In this document: in pieces, positions 9,512 through 19,056 of the stretch
Position numbering within the stretch: position 1 is the stretch's first letter
Layout: the number at the start of each line of letters is the position of its first letter
NCBI GenBank assembly: GCA_020052515.1
Contig: JAGVOW010000034.1
Coordinates: 296-64,295, forward strand
From: Brevinematales bacterium
GTDB lineage: Bacteria; Spirochaetota; Brevinematia; Brevinematales; JAOACQ01
Length of the DNA: 64,000 nt
Reading direction: 5' to 3'
Notes under the pieces: model-generated
Database searches by the model: none
What the model was told of the DNA's origin: nothing
What the model saw: the letters and a program-made list of their open reading frames with translations, nothing else
Made by a program: the position numbers and the translations under genes

Positions 9512-10096
9512 ATGATTCCTTTTACTAAAAGGCAAACAGAAATTATTGAGACAGCTATGCGGATAATTTCTCAAGAGGGTTTGGAAAATCTGACGATAAA
9601 AAAAATGGCCAAAAATCTGAAGATTACAGAACCCGCCCTTTATCGGCATTTTGAGAGTAAAGCGGACATTTTGCTCAATATATTGATCTATTTTGAGGAA
9701 ATGGCAGACTCTTCTCTTCGATTAATTAACAATCAAATTTATCCCCCTGTAGAAAGGATTTATCAGATATTAAAAAAACGCTGCGAGAATTTCACTAGAA
9801 ACCCGGCATTATTTACAGTTGTTCTGGCAGAAGAGTTATTCCCAAATGATGAGCGGCTTTCAGAAAAGGTTCGCTCTATTATGGAATTAAATCATCAGTT
9901 TATTTCAAAGGCCATAAAGGAAGCCCAGAAAAATGGGGAAATCAGAAAAGACATAGAGGAAGAATCTATTTTCCTTTTTTTATTAGGGCCTTTTCGATTG
10001 ATAGTAACTCAGTGGAGGCTTTCTAATTTTTCCTTCAACTTGATACAAAAGTTTGAAGAATGGTGGGGTTCGTTTAAAAAACTGGTAGAAGTTTAG
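9512..10096 (+). CDS. TetR/AcrR family transcriptional regulator
   Basis: N-terminal HTH TIKKMAKNLKITEPALYRHFESK. ATG 9512 preferred over TTG 9500, which lies inside the operator. Confidence 0.9.
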   Translation: MIPFTKRQTEIIETAMRIISQEGLENLTIKKMAKNLKITEPALYRHFESKADILLNILIYFEEMADSSLRLINNQIYPPVERIYQILKKRCENFTRNPALFTVVLAEELFPNDERLSEKVRSIMELNHQFISKAIKEAQKNGEIRKDIEEESIFLFLLGPFRLIVTQWRLSNFSFNLIQKFEEWWGSFKKLVEV

Positions 10097-10108
10097 GAGG
10101 GGAAACTT

Positions 10109-10516
10109 ATGGATAATTTTATTGCTGAATTGAAGAGCGAACACAAAGAGCTTCTAGAAATGTTAGAAGGTTTTAAAAAAGGACAGGGCATTACAGCTCC
10201 AGGTTGGAAAGAAAAACTGTTCGCGGCAAAAAATCTTTTTCTTAAGCATCTGAAAGAAGAAGACGAGAAGCTTTATCCAGCTTTGCTGAAAGTTTCTGAA
10301 AAAGACGAACTCTTAAACAAAATTGTAACCCGATTTACTCAGGAGATGAAAAAAGTCTCTGAAAAAACCATTCTTTTTCTCGAAAAATACGCCTCTGTCA
10401 GTCAGGGTAGTGATTTTATAAAAGACTTTGCTCAGTTAGAAATTCTCTTGAAAAGCCGGATTGAGCAGGAAGAAAAAGTCCTTTATGAAGAATATCTAAA
10501 AGCTCAAAAACAATAG
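10109..10516 (+). CDS. Hemerythrin-like (HHE cation-binding) domain protein
   Basis: 135 aa helical protein with H/E ligand patterns (SEHKELL, KHLKEEDEKLYP). Strong aggagg RBS. Confidence 0.75.
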   Translation: MDNFIAELKSEHKELLEMLEGFKKGQGITAPGWKEKLFAAKNLFLKHLKEEDEKLYPALLKVSEKDELLNKIVTRFTQEMKKVSEKTILFLEKYASVSQGSDFIKDFAQLEILLKSRIEQEEKVLYEEYLKAQKQ

Positions 10517-10524
10517 GGGGGGAA

Positions 10525-11292
10525 ATGAATTCTGAATTGGAAAAAAGTAAAAATGACGTAAAAGAAATGATGAAAAAACTCCGCGGGACCAAAGAATGCA
10601 ATAATGTAGAAGAACTTCAAAAAGATTTTGAAGCGCTGCTTGCAAAGGTACCGCCCCTTGCCATCGCTGTCGCGGAGCAGGAACTCTTGAATGAGGGCTA
10701 TACTTTTGAAGATTTAAAAAACTCCTGCGACGTGCATCTGGCTCTTTTTAAGGGTTCTTTTGAAAACAACAGAATCAATGTCCCAAAAGACCACCCTATT
10801 TTTCATTTTCAGGAAGAACATCGTGCTATTACCAGGTTTCTGGAAAAACTGCGGGCAGTTATAAAAGAAGCAAGTTCCAAATCTTCTAAGGAAGAGGCAA
10901 AACTTGAGTTAGAAACTATTTCCAAAATTGCCCGAAAGCTAATGGAAGCCGAAAGCCACAATGTCCGCCAGGAGAATACGCTTTTTCCCATTCTGGAAAA
11001 ACATGGAATTACAGCGCCTCCGGCTGTTATGTGGGAAGAACACACAGAAATGAAAGAGCAGAAAAAGGCTTTTCTGAAAAAATTGGAAAAAGTGGATGAA
11101 TTTCCTTTCAAGGAATTCCTTGACCGCCTGGACGCGATTGCGAGAATTTTGATGGAAAAATTTTTCAAGCATTCCCAGAAGGAGAATAATATCTTATATG
11201 AAACCGCTCTGAGAGTTATTACAGAAGAGGAATGGAAAGACATTAAAGAAGAATGCGACAATCTGGGTTATTTTAAACTGGAGATGGACTGA
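10525..11292 (+). CDS. DUF438 plus hemerythrin domain protein
   Basis: N-terminal AEQELLNEGYTFEDLKNSCDVHLALFKG resembles DUF438. Followed by HHE-type motifs (FQEEHRAI, ESHNVRQENTLFP, WEEHTEM, KHSQKENNILY). Confidence 0.8.
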   Translation: MNSELEKSKNDVKEMMKKLRGTKECNNVEELQKDFEALLAKVPPLAIAVAEQELLNEGYTFEDLKNSCDVHLALFKGSFENNRINVPKDHPIFHFQEEHRAITRFLEKLRAVIKEASSKSSKEEAKLELETISKIARKLMEAESHNVRQENTLFPILEKHGITAPPAVMWEEHTEMKEQKKAFLKKLEKVDEFPFKEFLDRLDAIARILMEKFFKHSQKENNILYETALRVITEEEWKDIKEECDNLGYFKLEMD

Positions 11293-11340
11293 TTTGCTCT
11301 ATCAAAAAAAATTGAGTATATTATTGAAGAGGAGAACTAT

Positions 11341-11739
11341 ATGAATCTAAAAGAATTATCGATTGACGCAATCGAGGCAATTATGGATAATCTGCCGGTG
11401 GATGTTTCTTTTGTCGACGCGGAAGATAGTGTAAAGTTTTTTAACTCGCCTAAAAAGGGGAGAATATTTCCCAGAACGAAGATGGATTTAGGTAGAAAGG
11501 TGCAGAATTGCCACCCGCCAAAGAGCGTACATATTGTAAACAAAATCCTCACTGATTTTAAAGAAGGCAAAAGAGAAGAAGCGGCTTTCTGGATCCGTGC
11601 TGGAGGTAAAATTGTTTTTATCAATTATTTCCCGGTAAGAGATAAAGAAGGGAAGTATCTGGGAACTCTGGAAGTGACTCAAGATATTACTCATCTTCAA
11701 AAGCTGGAAGGAGAAAAAAGAATACTGGACGAAGCCTAG
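11341..11739 (+). CDS. PAS_10-type PAS domain protein (the module normally fused C-terminally to DUF438-hemerythrin proteins)
   Basis: NLPVDVSFVDAEDSVKFFN...NCHPPKSVHIV...FWIRAGGKIVFINYFPVRD...LEVTQDIT. Own RBS gaggag. Confidence 0.8.
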   Translation: MNLKELSIDAIEAIMDNLPVDVSFVDAEDSVKFFNSPKKGRIFPRTKMDLGRKVQNCHPPKSVHIVNKILTDFKEGKREEAAFWIRAGGKIVFINYFPVRDKEGKYLGTLEVTQDITHLQKLEGEKRILDEA

Positions 11740-11747
11740 GAGGACGT

Positions 11748-12803
11748 ATGGAAGCTAAAAAAATTGCCTTTTTTGACTCAAAGCCTTATGACAGAGAGTC
11801 ATTTGATGAAATCAACAAAGAATATGGTTTTGAGCTGAAATATTTCAAAGGACATCTTAACCAGGACACGGTTCCATTAGCTAAAGGTTTTGACGCGATC
11901 TGTCTCTTTGTCAATGATATCGCTTCAGCCGAAGTTATTCAAAGACTCCAGGAGAATGGAAACAAGCTGATTGCTTTAAGATGCGCTGGTTATAATAATA
12001 TCGATCTAAAAAGCGCTTTTGGGAAAGTCCATGTAGTCAGGGTTCCTGCTTATTCACCGTATGCCGTCGCAGAACATGCCATTGCGATGATGCTCACTCT
12101 CAACCGCAAGACACACAAGGCTTTTTACCGGACTCAGGACAACAACTTTACCATTAATGGGCTTTTAGGCTTTGATATGTTCGGCAAAACAGTGGGAGTT
12201 ATCGGAACAGGGCAAATCGGCAAGGTGCTGATTCATATTTTAAATGGCTTTGGGATGAAGATACTTGCTTATGACACATTTCCCAATCCTGACTTTGCTA
12301 AGAAAGGAGGCTTTCAATACGTAGACCTGGATACTCTTTACAAAAATTCCGATATTATTACTCTTCATTGTCCGCTAACGCCGGAAACCCAGTATATTAT
12401 TAATGAAGAAAGTATTCAAAAAATGAAGACTGGCGTTATGCTAATCAATACAAGCCGGGGAAAGCTTATTAACACAAAGGCTTTGATTAACGGTTTGAAG
12501 GACAAAAAAATCGGCTACGCGGGACTGGATGTCTATGAAGAAGAAAGCGAATACTTTTTTGAAGATATGTCCAACACTATTCTGGAGGACGATGTTTTAG
12601 CCCGGCTTCTCACATTCCACAATGTTTTGATTACTTCCCATCAGGCCTTTTTTACAAAGGAAGCGCTGACCAATATCGCGCATACCACTTTGCAGAATGT
12701 AAAGGATTACTTTGAAGAGAAGAAGCTTGTCAACGAAGTCTGCTACCGTTGCGGACAAGCAACAACGAATTGCTCAAAAATTTCAACAGGTAAGTGCTTT
12801 TAA
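11748..12803 (+). CDS. ldhA: D-lactate / D-2-hydroxyacid dehydrogenase with a Cys-rich C-terminal tail
   Basis: Resembles E. coli LdhA along its length (ALRCAGYNNIDL, GVIGTGQIGKV, TSHQAFFT). Extra tail YRCGQATTNCSKISTGKCF. Confidence 0.9.
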   Translation: MEAKKIAFFDSKPYDRESFDEINKEYGFELKYFKGHLNQDTVPLAKGFDAICLFVNDIASAEVIQRLQENGNKLIALRCAGYNNIDLKSAFGKVHVVRVPAYSPYAVAEHAIAMMLTLNRKTHKAFYRTQDNNFTINGLLGFDMFGKTVGVIGTGQIGKVLIHILNGFGMKILAYDTFPNPDFAKKGGFQYVDLDTLYKNSDIITLHCPLTPETQYIINEESIQKMKTGVMLINTSRGKLINTKALINGLKDKKIGYAGLDVYEEESEYFFEDMSNTILEDDVLARLLTFHNVLITSHQAFFTKEALTNIAHTTLQNVKDYFEEKKLVNEVCYRCGQATTNCSKISTGKCF

Positions 12804-12822
12804 CAAGCGTGCCGCTTGACCG

Positions 12823-13872
12823 TTATAATCTCTGCATCCTCTGCGCCTCAGCGTGAAAAAGACTTTCTTGATATGGCGGATACAAAATTCCTCGTTCTGT
12901 AATAATTCCAGTAATATAACACGCAGGGGTCACATCAAAAGCGGGATTTCGGACTTTTATTCCTTCCGGAGCGATGCGGATCCCTTGAATATGTGTCACT
13001 TCTTCGGGTTTTCTTTCTTCAATTGGAATCTGTTCTCCTGTTTCGGTCTTTAAATCAATAGTAGAAAAAGGCGCAGCAACATAGAATGGTATATTGTTTT
13101 CTTTAGCCAGAACAGCTACAGAATAAGTACCGATTTTATTCGCGGTATCACCATTCAATGCAATTCGATCCGCTCCTACAATCACACAATGAATCAACCC
13201 TTGCTTCATAAAACATCCCGCCATATTGTCGCAGATAAGCGTTACCGGGATATGATCCTGCTGAAGTTCCCACGCGGTCAGACGAGCCCCCTGCAAATAA
13301 GGCCTTGTTTCATCCGCAAATACCTGAATATTTTTCCCTGCCCAATGAGCAAAACGAATAACAGAAAGCGCCGTGCCGTATTCAGTAGTCGCAAGAGCTC
13401 CCGCGTTGCAGTGAGTAAGTATGGTCCAGTTCGCCTGAATGATCTCATTCCCCGCAATGCCGATTTTTTTATTTGTCTCAATATCCTCTTTTTCTATCAG
13501 GTACGCTTCATCCGTTATAATTTGTTTGATGTCTTTAACAGAAAGTTCCTTGTTTCTAAAAGCTTTTTGGTAAACGCGGTCTATTGCCCAAAATAAATTC
13601 ACCGCCGTAGGACGTGTGTTTCGAAGGGTCTGACAAATTAGTTCCAATTTTTTGAAAAATTCTTCATTTGATATCGTCTTTATTGCAGCCGCTCCTATAG
13701 CAATGCCATAAGCCGCTGTTACACCAATAGCGGGAGCTCCCCGGACAATCATATCCTTTATCGCTTTCGCGGTTTCTTCGTAGGTCCTGCATTTTACTAT
13801 TTTTTTCTTCAACGGCAATTTAGTCTGGTCAATCAAACTTAAAATGCCGCCTGTAAACTCAAGAGGCCTCAT
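12823..13872 (-). CDS. mtnA: S-methyl-5-thioribose-1-phosphate isomerase (eIF-2B alpha/beta/delta family)
   Basis: [16 protein letters not shown] and [18 protein letters not shown] motifs. Confidence 0.92.
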   Translation of the reverse strand: MRPLEFTGGILSLIDQTKLPLKKKIVKCRTYEETAKAIKDMIVRGAPAIGVTAAYGIAIGAAAIKTISNEEFFKKLELICQTLRNTRPTAVNLFWAIDRVYQKAFRNKELSVKDIKQIITDEAYLIEKEDIETNKKIGIAGNEIIQANWTILTHCNAGALATTEYGTALSVIRFAHWAGKNIQVFADETRPYLQGARLTAWELQQDHIPVTLICDNMAGCFMKQGLIHCVIVGADRIALNGDTANKIGTYSVAVLAKENNIPFYVAAPFSTIDLKTETGEQIPIEERKPEEVTHIQGIRIAPEGIKVRNPAFDVTPACYITGIITERGILYPPYQESLFHAEAQRMQRL

Positions 13873-14540
13873 AAATGTTCCTTAGAAATCACTTTGGTAT
13901 CCCCATAAATATTTTTATACAATTTTTCAAACTCATCGAGAATGTCCGGGAAATTCTCTCTAATTTCCTGCTCGTGTTCCAATAAGCTCATAAAAATTTT
14001 CTTCGCCAGCTCTTCATTATCCTGATTGTGCTTGGCTTGCTTTTCTAAAAAGAAAGCATAACGAATCCGTGAAAGATAATAATACTTCTGAGTCTTCCCA
14101 AAATTTTCGGAAAGCAGGTACTTTTCAGCCGCAATATGATAATATTTCGCCGCCATAAAATAAACATCTTGAATGGCATAAATATTGGCCAAATTAAAAT
14201 ACACATCCGCTTCTTGGGGCAATTTTCTGGAGGCGTCTTCATAATATTGAATGGCTCTGGTATAATCCCCTTTGTGGTAGTACAAATCAGCCACTGCTTT
14301 TGCCCGGAGTCCTTCCAATTGGATCCTATCCCAAAAAGGCTGCCGAAAGCCATTGATGAATAAATTCTCTTTCTGAATTTGTTCCTTTTTAGGCAAAATA
14401 TCATGAATGCTATTCTGCTTAGCTTCATTTTGCTGAACGCTGTTTTTTTCGACTTCTTTCTCAGAAGAATTTGCTAACAGATTGCCCTGCAGCAAAAAGC
14501 TAATGATGATCCCTAAACATATCCGATAGTTTCCAAACAT
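13869..14540 (-). CDS. Secreted TPR-repeat protein
   Basis: Signal-like N-terminus and TPR-like Y/A-rich repeats ([23 protein letters not shown]). Overlaps both neighbouring genes. Confidence 0.7.
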   Translation of the reverse strand: MFGNYRICLGIIISFLLQGNLLANSSEKEVEKNSVQQNEAKQNSIHDILPKKEQIQKENLFINGFRQPFWDRIQLEGLRAKAVADLYYHKGDYTRAIQYYEDASRKLPQEADVYFNLANIYAIQDVYFMAAKYYHIAAEKYLLSENFGKTQKYYYLSRIRYAFFLEKQAKHNQDNEELAKKIFMSLLEHEQEIRENFPDILDEFEKLYKNIYGDTKVISKEHL

Positions 14541-15894
14541 CGCCCGCTCCTAAAGTAATGAGTATGTTATTCCCATTCAAGAAAGGCCTCACTTTTCCAG
14601 GAATATCGCTCAATTTTTCAGAGTAGATAACATTGTTCAAGCCTTTTATCTTCACGACTTCATCGTAAATCATCCTGGCGCTGATTTTATGGATATTTAC
14701 TTCCCTTGCCGCGTAAATTTCTGTCAAAACCACCCGGTCTGCTTTAGACAAAGCGCGCGCGAATTCTTTATACAACTGTTCTGTTCTGGAGTAAAGATGC
14801 GGCTGAAAAATAGCGATGAGCTGAGCGCCTTTCTTGAGAGAAAGGTTTTTAGCCGCGTTTAATGTAGCGTCAATTTCCGCCGGGTGATGCGCGTAATCAT
14901 CAATGACCATAAAATTATGCTCAGAAAATTTTAACTCAAAACGCCTATCCGCATTCTTAAAATTCGCTAATGTAGAAGAAATAGTGCTATAAGGTATAGC
15001 GTTTATTTGAGCGGCCGCAATAGCCAGAAGGGCATTGGTTACATTATGAAATCCTGGGATATTCAAGAAAAATTCACCTATCATTTTACCCTTATTCCTT
15101 ACCAGGAAAGAAGAAGAGAATTCATTTAAATAAATTTTTTCCGCTGTAAAATCCGCATTTTTCGTCTGAATGCCTATCGAAATTTTATTTTGAAATTTTG
15201 TTTTTCGGACAACTTTTCTGAGAATCGCATCATCATTATTATAAATTAAAAATCCATAAGGCGGTATGTTTTTTAAGATATATTCTTCAAAAGCTTTTTT
15301 CACATTTTTAAAAGTTTTGTAATAATCCAGATGGTCCGAATCAATATTAGTGATCACAGCAATATTAGGATGGAGTTTTAAAAAAGAACCATAAGCCTCA
15401 CAGGCCTCATAGATAAAATACTTTCCTTTTCCTTCATACCCTGAACCGCCAATTTCAGAAAGATACCCACCAACAGCTAAGGTAGGGTCCATCCCGGCAT
15501 TCAAAAAGATCTTTGATACCATAGAGGTAGTGGTCGTTTTTCCATGAGTTCCGGAAACACCGATAGAAAATTTTTCACAGGCTAAAAAATCGAGCATTTT
15601 TGCCCTTTCAAAAAGAGGAATTCCCAAACTCTTCGCCTTAAGATACTCTGGATTGTCTTCTGAAATGGCATTGGTAAAAACAACAGCATCTATATTGTCT
15701 TTAATATTAGACTCGCTGTGGCCAATAGCTATCTGAATCCCCTGTTTTTCTAAATTTTTTGTAGCCTCTGATTCCTGCTTATCAGAACCAAAGACCTCAA
15801 AACCCCTCTTTTTCAGGATTACGGCCAGGGCGGACATACCTACTCCGCCGATTCCTAATAAAAAAAAACGCTTCATCGCGCCGATATCATCCAT
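14500..15894 (-). CDS. murC: UDP-N-acetylmuramate--L-alanine ligase
   Basis: LGIGGVGMSALA Rossmann start and the GTHGKTTT P-loop of the Mur ligase family. Confidence 0.95.
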   Translation of the reverse strand: MDDIGAMKRFFLLGIGGVGMSALAVILKKRGFEVFGSDKQESEATKNLEKQGIQIAIGHSESNIKDNIDAVVFTNAISEDNPEYLKAKSLGIPLFERAKMLDFLACEKFSIGVSGTHGKTTTTSMVSKIFLNAGMDPTLAVGGYLSEIGGSGYEGKGKYFIYEACEAYGSFLKLHPNIAVITNIDSDHLDYYKTFKNVKKAFEEYILKNIPPYGFLIYNNDDAILRKVVRKTKFQNKISIGIQTKNADFTAEKIYLNEFSSSFLVRNKGKMIGEFFLNIPGFHNVTNALLAIAAAQINAIPYSTISSTLANFKNADRRFELKFSEHNFMVIDDYAHHPAEIDATLNAAKNLSLKKGAQLIAIFQPHLYSRTEQLYKEFARALSKADRVVLTEIYAAREVNIHKISARMIYDEVVKIKGLNNVIYSEKLSDIPGKVRPFLNGNNILITLGAGDVWKLSDMFRDHH

Positions 15895-15946
15895 AAAGCA
15901 AAGCCCTCCCCTCTCATTATCGGCTTTTTTTTGATTTTCGAAAAAT

Positions 15947-15955
15947 ATTATACCA
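15947..15955 (-). promoter_or_regulatory. Extended -10 element (TGgTATAAT) upstream of murC
   Basis: Minus strand reads tttggtataat, about 50 nt upstream of the murC ATG. The -35 hexamer is weak (TTAAGC at 18 nt). Confidence 0.4.
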
Positions 15956-15965
15956 AATTACAATC

Positions 15966-17516
15966 TTAGTGCTTAAAATGCCTGACGCCGGTAAAAACCA
16001 TTGCCATATTGTTTTCATCCGCGGCCTGAATAGAATCCGCGTCTCTTACCGACCCGCCGGGTTGAATGATCGCCGTTATACCTAATTTTGCCGCGTTATC
16101 CACTGTATCCCGAAAAGGGAAAAAAGCGTCAGACGCCATCACAGCGCCTTTCAAATCAAATCCAAACTCCTGAGCTTTAATCGCCGCAATTCTCGCAGAA
16201 TCCACTCTCGACATCTGGCCTGCACCGGCCCCAAAAACCTGCTGATTCTTCACATAAACAATAGCGTTTGATTTAACGTATTGAGCTATTTTCCACGCAA
16301 ATTTCAAATCTCTCGCTTCACTTTCCGTAGCGCTGCGTTTTGCCGCTGCTTCCCACTTTTCTGGATAAAAACCAATATTATCCCAATCGCCTAACAAAAA
16401 CCCATTCTCGATCCTTCGGTAATTTTTCCCTTGCTTACTCCAATCTTCTCCCTTCAGCTTTAAAATTCTTAGATTTTTCTTCCCTTTCAATAAGGCAAGC
16501 GCCGCTTCATCATAATCCGGGGCAAGCACAATGTCAAAAAAAGTTTCATTCATTTTCGCGGCAGTCGCAGCATCCACTGTTTTATTAAATCCAACAATCC
16601 CTCCATAAGCTGAAACCGGATCACCCGCTTTAGCTCTTTCAAAGGCGTCTAAGATAGTATTTCCCAGAGCCGCTCCGCAAGGGTTTGTGTGTTTAATAAC
16701 TACACAAAAAGGGTCATTAGATACAAATTCTCTCAATATATCCAGACAAGCGTCGGCGTCCAGATAATTATTATAAGACATTTCCTTTCCCCACAAAATT
16801 TCAGAGCTCAGCAAAGAAATATTATGATCCACACCGCTTTTATACAATCGGGCCTCCTGGTGAGGATTTTCGCCATAACGCAGATGACTTTCCAATTTCA
16901 AGGGAATTGAATGTTCAACCGGAAACTTTTGGTTAGTCTTCTGATTAAAAAAGCTGGAAATCAACCCATCGTAATAAGCAGTATGACTGAAAGCCTTAGC
17001 GGCTAAAAGCATCTTAGTTTCTAAAGAAACAGAACCTTTTTCGCTCATCTCTTTCCTGACAAACTCAAAGTCCTGATTATTTACCAGAACAACAACATCT
17101 TTATAGTTTTTCGCCGCCGCGCGAATGAGAGCAACCCCGCCAATATCAATCTGTTCAATAATTTCTTCCAGACTGGATTTTTGATTTTGAATGGTTTCTT
17201 CAAAAGGATAAAGATTTACTACCACAAAATCAATGGGAGCAATATTTTTTTCCTCTATTTCTTTTAAATGTTCTTTTTTGTCACGCATCGCCAGAATACC
17301 CGCATGAACAACAGGATGAAGCGTCTTAACCCTGCCGTCCAGAACCTCCGGAAAACCGGTAGCTTCGCTCACTTCAGTAACAGGTACCCCTTTTCCCTTC
17401 AAGTGCTGATAAGTCCCGCCCGTAGATAAAACCTCATAATCCATTTGGGACAAAAAGCGCGCAAATTCATCAATGCCCTCTTTTTTATAAACGCTGAAAA
17501 GCGCCCGCCTCTTCAT
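15966..17516 (-). CDS. purH: Bifunctional AICAR transformylase / IMP cyclohydrolase
   Basis: 516 aa. N-terminal MGS-like ALFSVYKKEGI...STGGT and a C-terminal AICARFT region ending FTGVRHFKH. Confidence 0.96.
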   Translation of the reverse strand: MKRRALFSVYKKEGIDEFARFLSQMDYEVLSTGGTYQHLKGKGVPVTEVSEATGFPEVLDGRVKTLHPVVHAGILAMRDKKEHLKEIEEKNIAPIDFVVVNLYPFEETIQNQKSSLEEIIEQIDIGGVALIRAAAKNYKDVVVLVNNQDFEFVRKEMSEKGSVSLETKMLLAAKAFSHTAYYDGLISSFFNQKTNQKFPVEHSIPLKLESHLRYGENPHQEARLYKSGVDHNISLLSSEILWGKEMSYNNYLDADACLDILREFVSNDPFCVVIKHTNPCGAALGNTILDAFERAKAGDPVSAYGGIVGFNKTVDAATAAKMNETFFDIVLAPDYDEAALALLKGKKNLRILKLKGEDWSKQGKNYRRIENGFLLGDWDNIGFYPEKWEAAAKRSATESEARDLKFAWKIAQYVKSNAIVYVKNQQVFGAGAGQMSRVDSARIAAIKAQEFGFDLKGAVMASDAFFPFRDTVDNAAKLGITAIIQPGGSVRDADSIQAADENNMAMVFTGVRHFKH

Positions 17517-17542
17517 AAAAACTCCTATCTTTTATTCCAATA

Positions 17543-17558
17543 TGTTTCACGTGAAACA
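17543..17558. promoter_or_regulatory. parS: parS centromere-like site (ParB binding)
   Basis: TGTTTCACGTGAAACA matches the canonical parS palindrome. Embedded in a 22-bp perfect palindrome (17540-17561) between purH and the upstream membrane-protein gene. Confidence 0.9.
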
Positions 17559-17561
17559 TAT

Positions 17562-18179
17562 TTAAACTTTATTCTTCGTTGGTTTGATTTTATCAACCCA
17601 TCTTTGAAGAAGATTAACCAATGTCAAAAAAACCAAAAAAGAAAAAACTGTTAATACTATATAAAGTAAAAAAGATCCGCTGTCTTCAAAATAACGGTTT
17701 ATCTGAACAGGGACCCAAGAGAAAGGAACAGACAACTGCGCGGCAAAAGACAATCTTTCTGCGCTTCTTAATACAAACCCGCTTGTCAGAACAAAAGCCA
17801 GCGGCATAACAACTGTAACTAAAATAAACCCGGTAAAATGAAAAAGAGTAGGAATCAACTGATAAAAATATCTCCCCGCCGATCCCAGATAAACCATGCA
17901 AACATAAGCGCAAAAGGCCTGCGCAACCAAATACGAAGCTATCCACCCTGCCGAAGGAGAAAATGCCCCAAAAGAGGGAATAGCTCTAAAAATATCTGAA
18001 ATATTCTGGATAGAAAAAATCAGCATTAGAATTGTAAAAATCTTCAACAAAACCAGAAATGATTTTAAAATAAAATAAATAAAAATCGGCGGCTTTGCTT
18101 CTTTTCCGGAAACAGTACTCTCCACTTCTTCCGGCTGTTTTCTAGGGCCTTGATGTACTTTTACCTTTACTTCTTCCAT
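17562..18179 (-). CDS. Multi-pass membrane protein, unknown function
   Basis: 205 aa: charged N-terminus followed by about 5 hydrophobic segments. Co-directional with parAB and tightly spaced. Confidence 0.65.
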   Translation of the reverse strand: MEEVKVKVHQGPRKQPEEVESTVSGKEAKPPIFIYFILKSFLVLLKIFTILMLIFSIQNISDIFRAIPSFGAFSPSAGWIASYLVAQAFCAYVCMVYLGSAGRYFYQLIPTLFHFTGFILVTVVMPLAFVLTSGFVLRSAERLSFAAQLSVPFSWVPVQINRYFEDSGSFLLYIVLTVFSFLVFLTLVNLLQRWVDKIKPTKNKV

Positions 18180-18194
18180 AACTATTCCTTTTTC

Positions 18195-19031
18195 TTAATT
18201 TTTCTGGCCTGATTTCAGCTGAAGTAAGTTTTTCTCAATCAGATTGATATTCAGATATTTTTCTTTTAATTCATCCACTTTATTTTTATCCGAATTTAAA
18301 ACAAAATAAGCCAGCTCATATTGAGGAGAAACGATTTGAAAAAATGGTTTTAAAAAAGAAGTGTCTTCTATTTCTAATCTAAAATACTCACTATTTTCTT
18401 CCATAAATTTTTTAATATTATCCTTCCCGCCTACTTCCTTATAACCGACTGCGCTTAACACCGCGTTTCTGAACTCATTTTTCGCCCGATCCAGGATGTC
18501 TTTTCTGTCTACTCTGGCCATTTCAGCTTCCCAATTCTTTGGGGCAAGAATAAAAACTCTCTGCCTTAAATCTTCCTTATAAAACTCCGCCGCAATCCAG
18601 AAATACGAATCCTTCCGAATTAATCCCTTCGCCAGAACAGTCTGTTCAGCGGGAAGAATTAGATAGGGGGCAACTTTATTCGTATACTCGGAGGAAACAA
18701 TCCTTCTATAAACAAACTTTCTTTCCCTCAGAATATAATAAGAATCATCTTTCAGATAAAAAAGATTGTTAAAATAAAGCGAAGGTTGATAATAGATGGC
18801 TGTATCAATTTTGACAAGATTTTTAACACTTAAAACAATGTTCTCAAAAGTAGGATTGGAAACAAGTTTAATAATAATGAGTAGCGGCACAACTATAACG
18901 GCAAACTTCAACAAATTAAAAATCACTTTAAAGAATTCAGAAAGAGGGTGGTAACAATGAGGGCAATTCCGGGTATTAAAAATACCGCCTTCAAAATGAG
19001 TGCTGCAGTTATTACAAATCCATCGCGCCAT
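18195..19031 (-). CDS. Zinc-ribbon / single-TM protein, unknown function
   Basis: N-terminal CNNC...CPHC zinc ribbon, one TM segment (FAVIVVPLLIIIKLV), then a soluble domain of about 210 aa. Confidence 0.7.
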   Translation of the reverse strand: MARWICNNCSTHFEGGIFNTRNCPHCYHPLSEFFKVIFNLLKFAVIVVPLLIIIKLVSNPTFENIVLSVKNLVKIDTAIYYQPSLYFNNLFYLKDDSYYILRERKFVYRRIVSSEYTNKVAPYLILPAEQTVLAKGLIRKDSYFWIAAEFYKEDLRQRVFILAPKNWEAEMARVDRKDILDRAKNEFRNAVLSAVGYKEVGGKDNIKKFMEENSEYFRLEIEDTSFLKPFFQIVSPQYELAYFVLNSDKNKVDELKEKYLNINLIEKNLLQLKSGQKN

Positions 19032-19056
19032 AAATCACCCCGCTATTATTTACCTA

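Noticed and set aside
12804-12818. Small hairpin caagcg-tgc-cgcttg between the convergent ldhA and mtnA genes, considered as a terminator
   Set aside because: It has only a 6-bp stem and no U-tract on either strand, so it is too weak to call.
14500-14540. The 41-nt overlap between the murC 3' end and the TPR gene start, considered as a possible frameshift or mis-call
   Set aside because: Both frames are intact. MurC ends at a length normal for the family, and the TPR protein needs this N-terminus for its signal peptide. No alternative start exists downstream.
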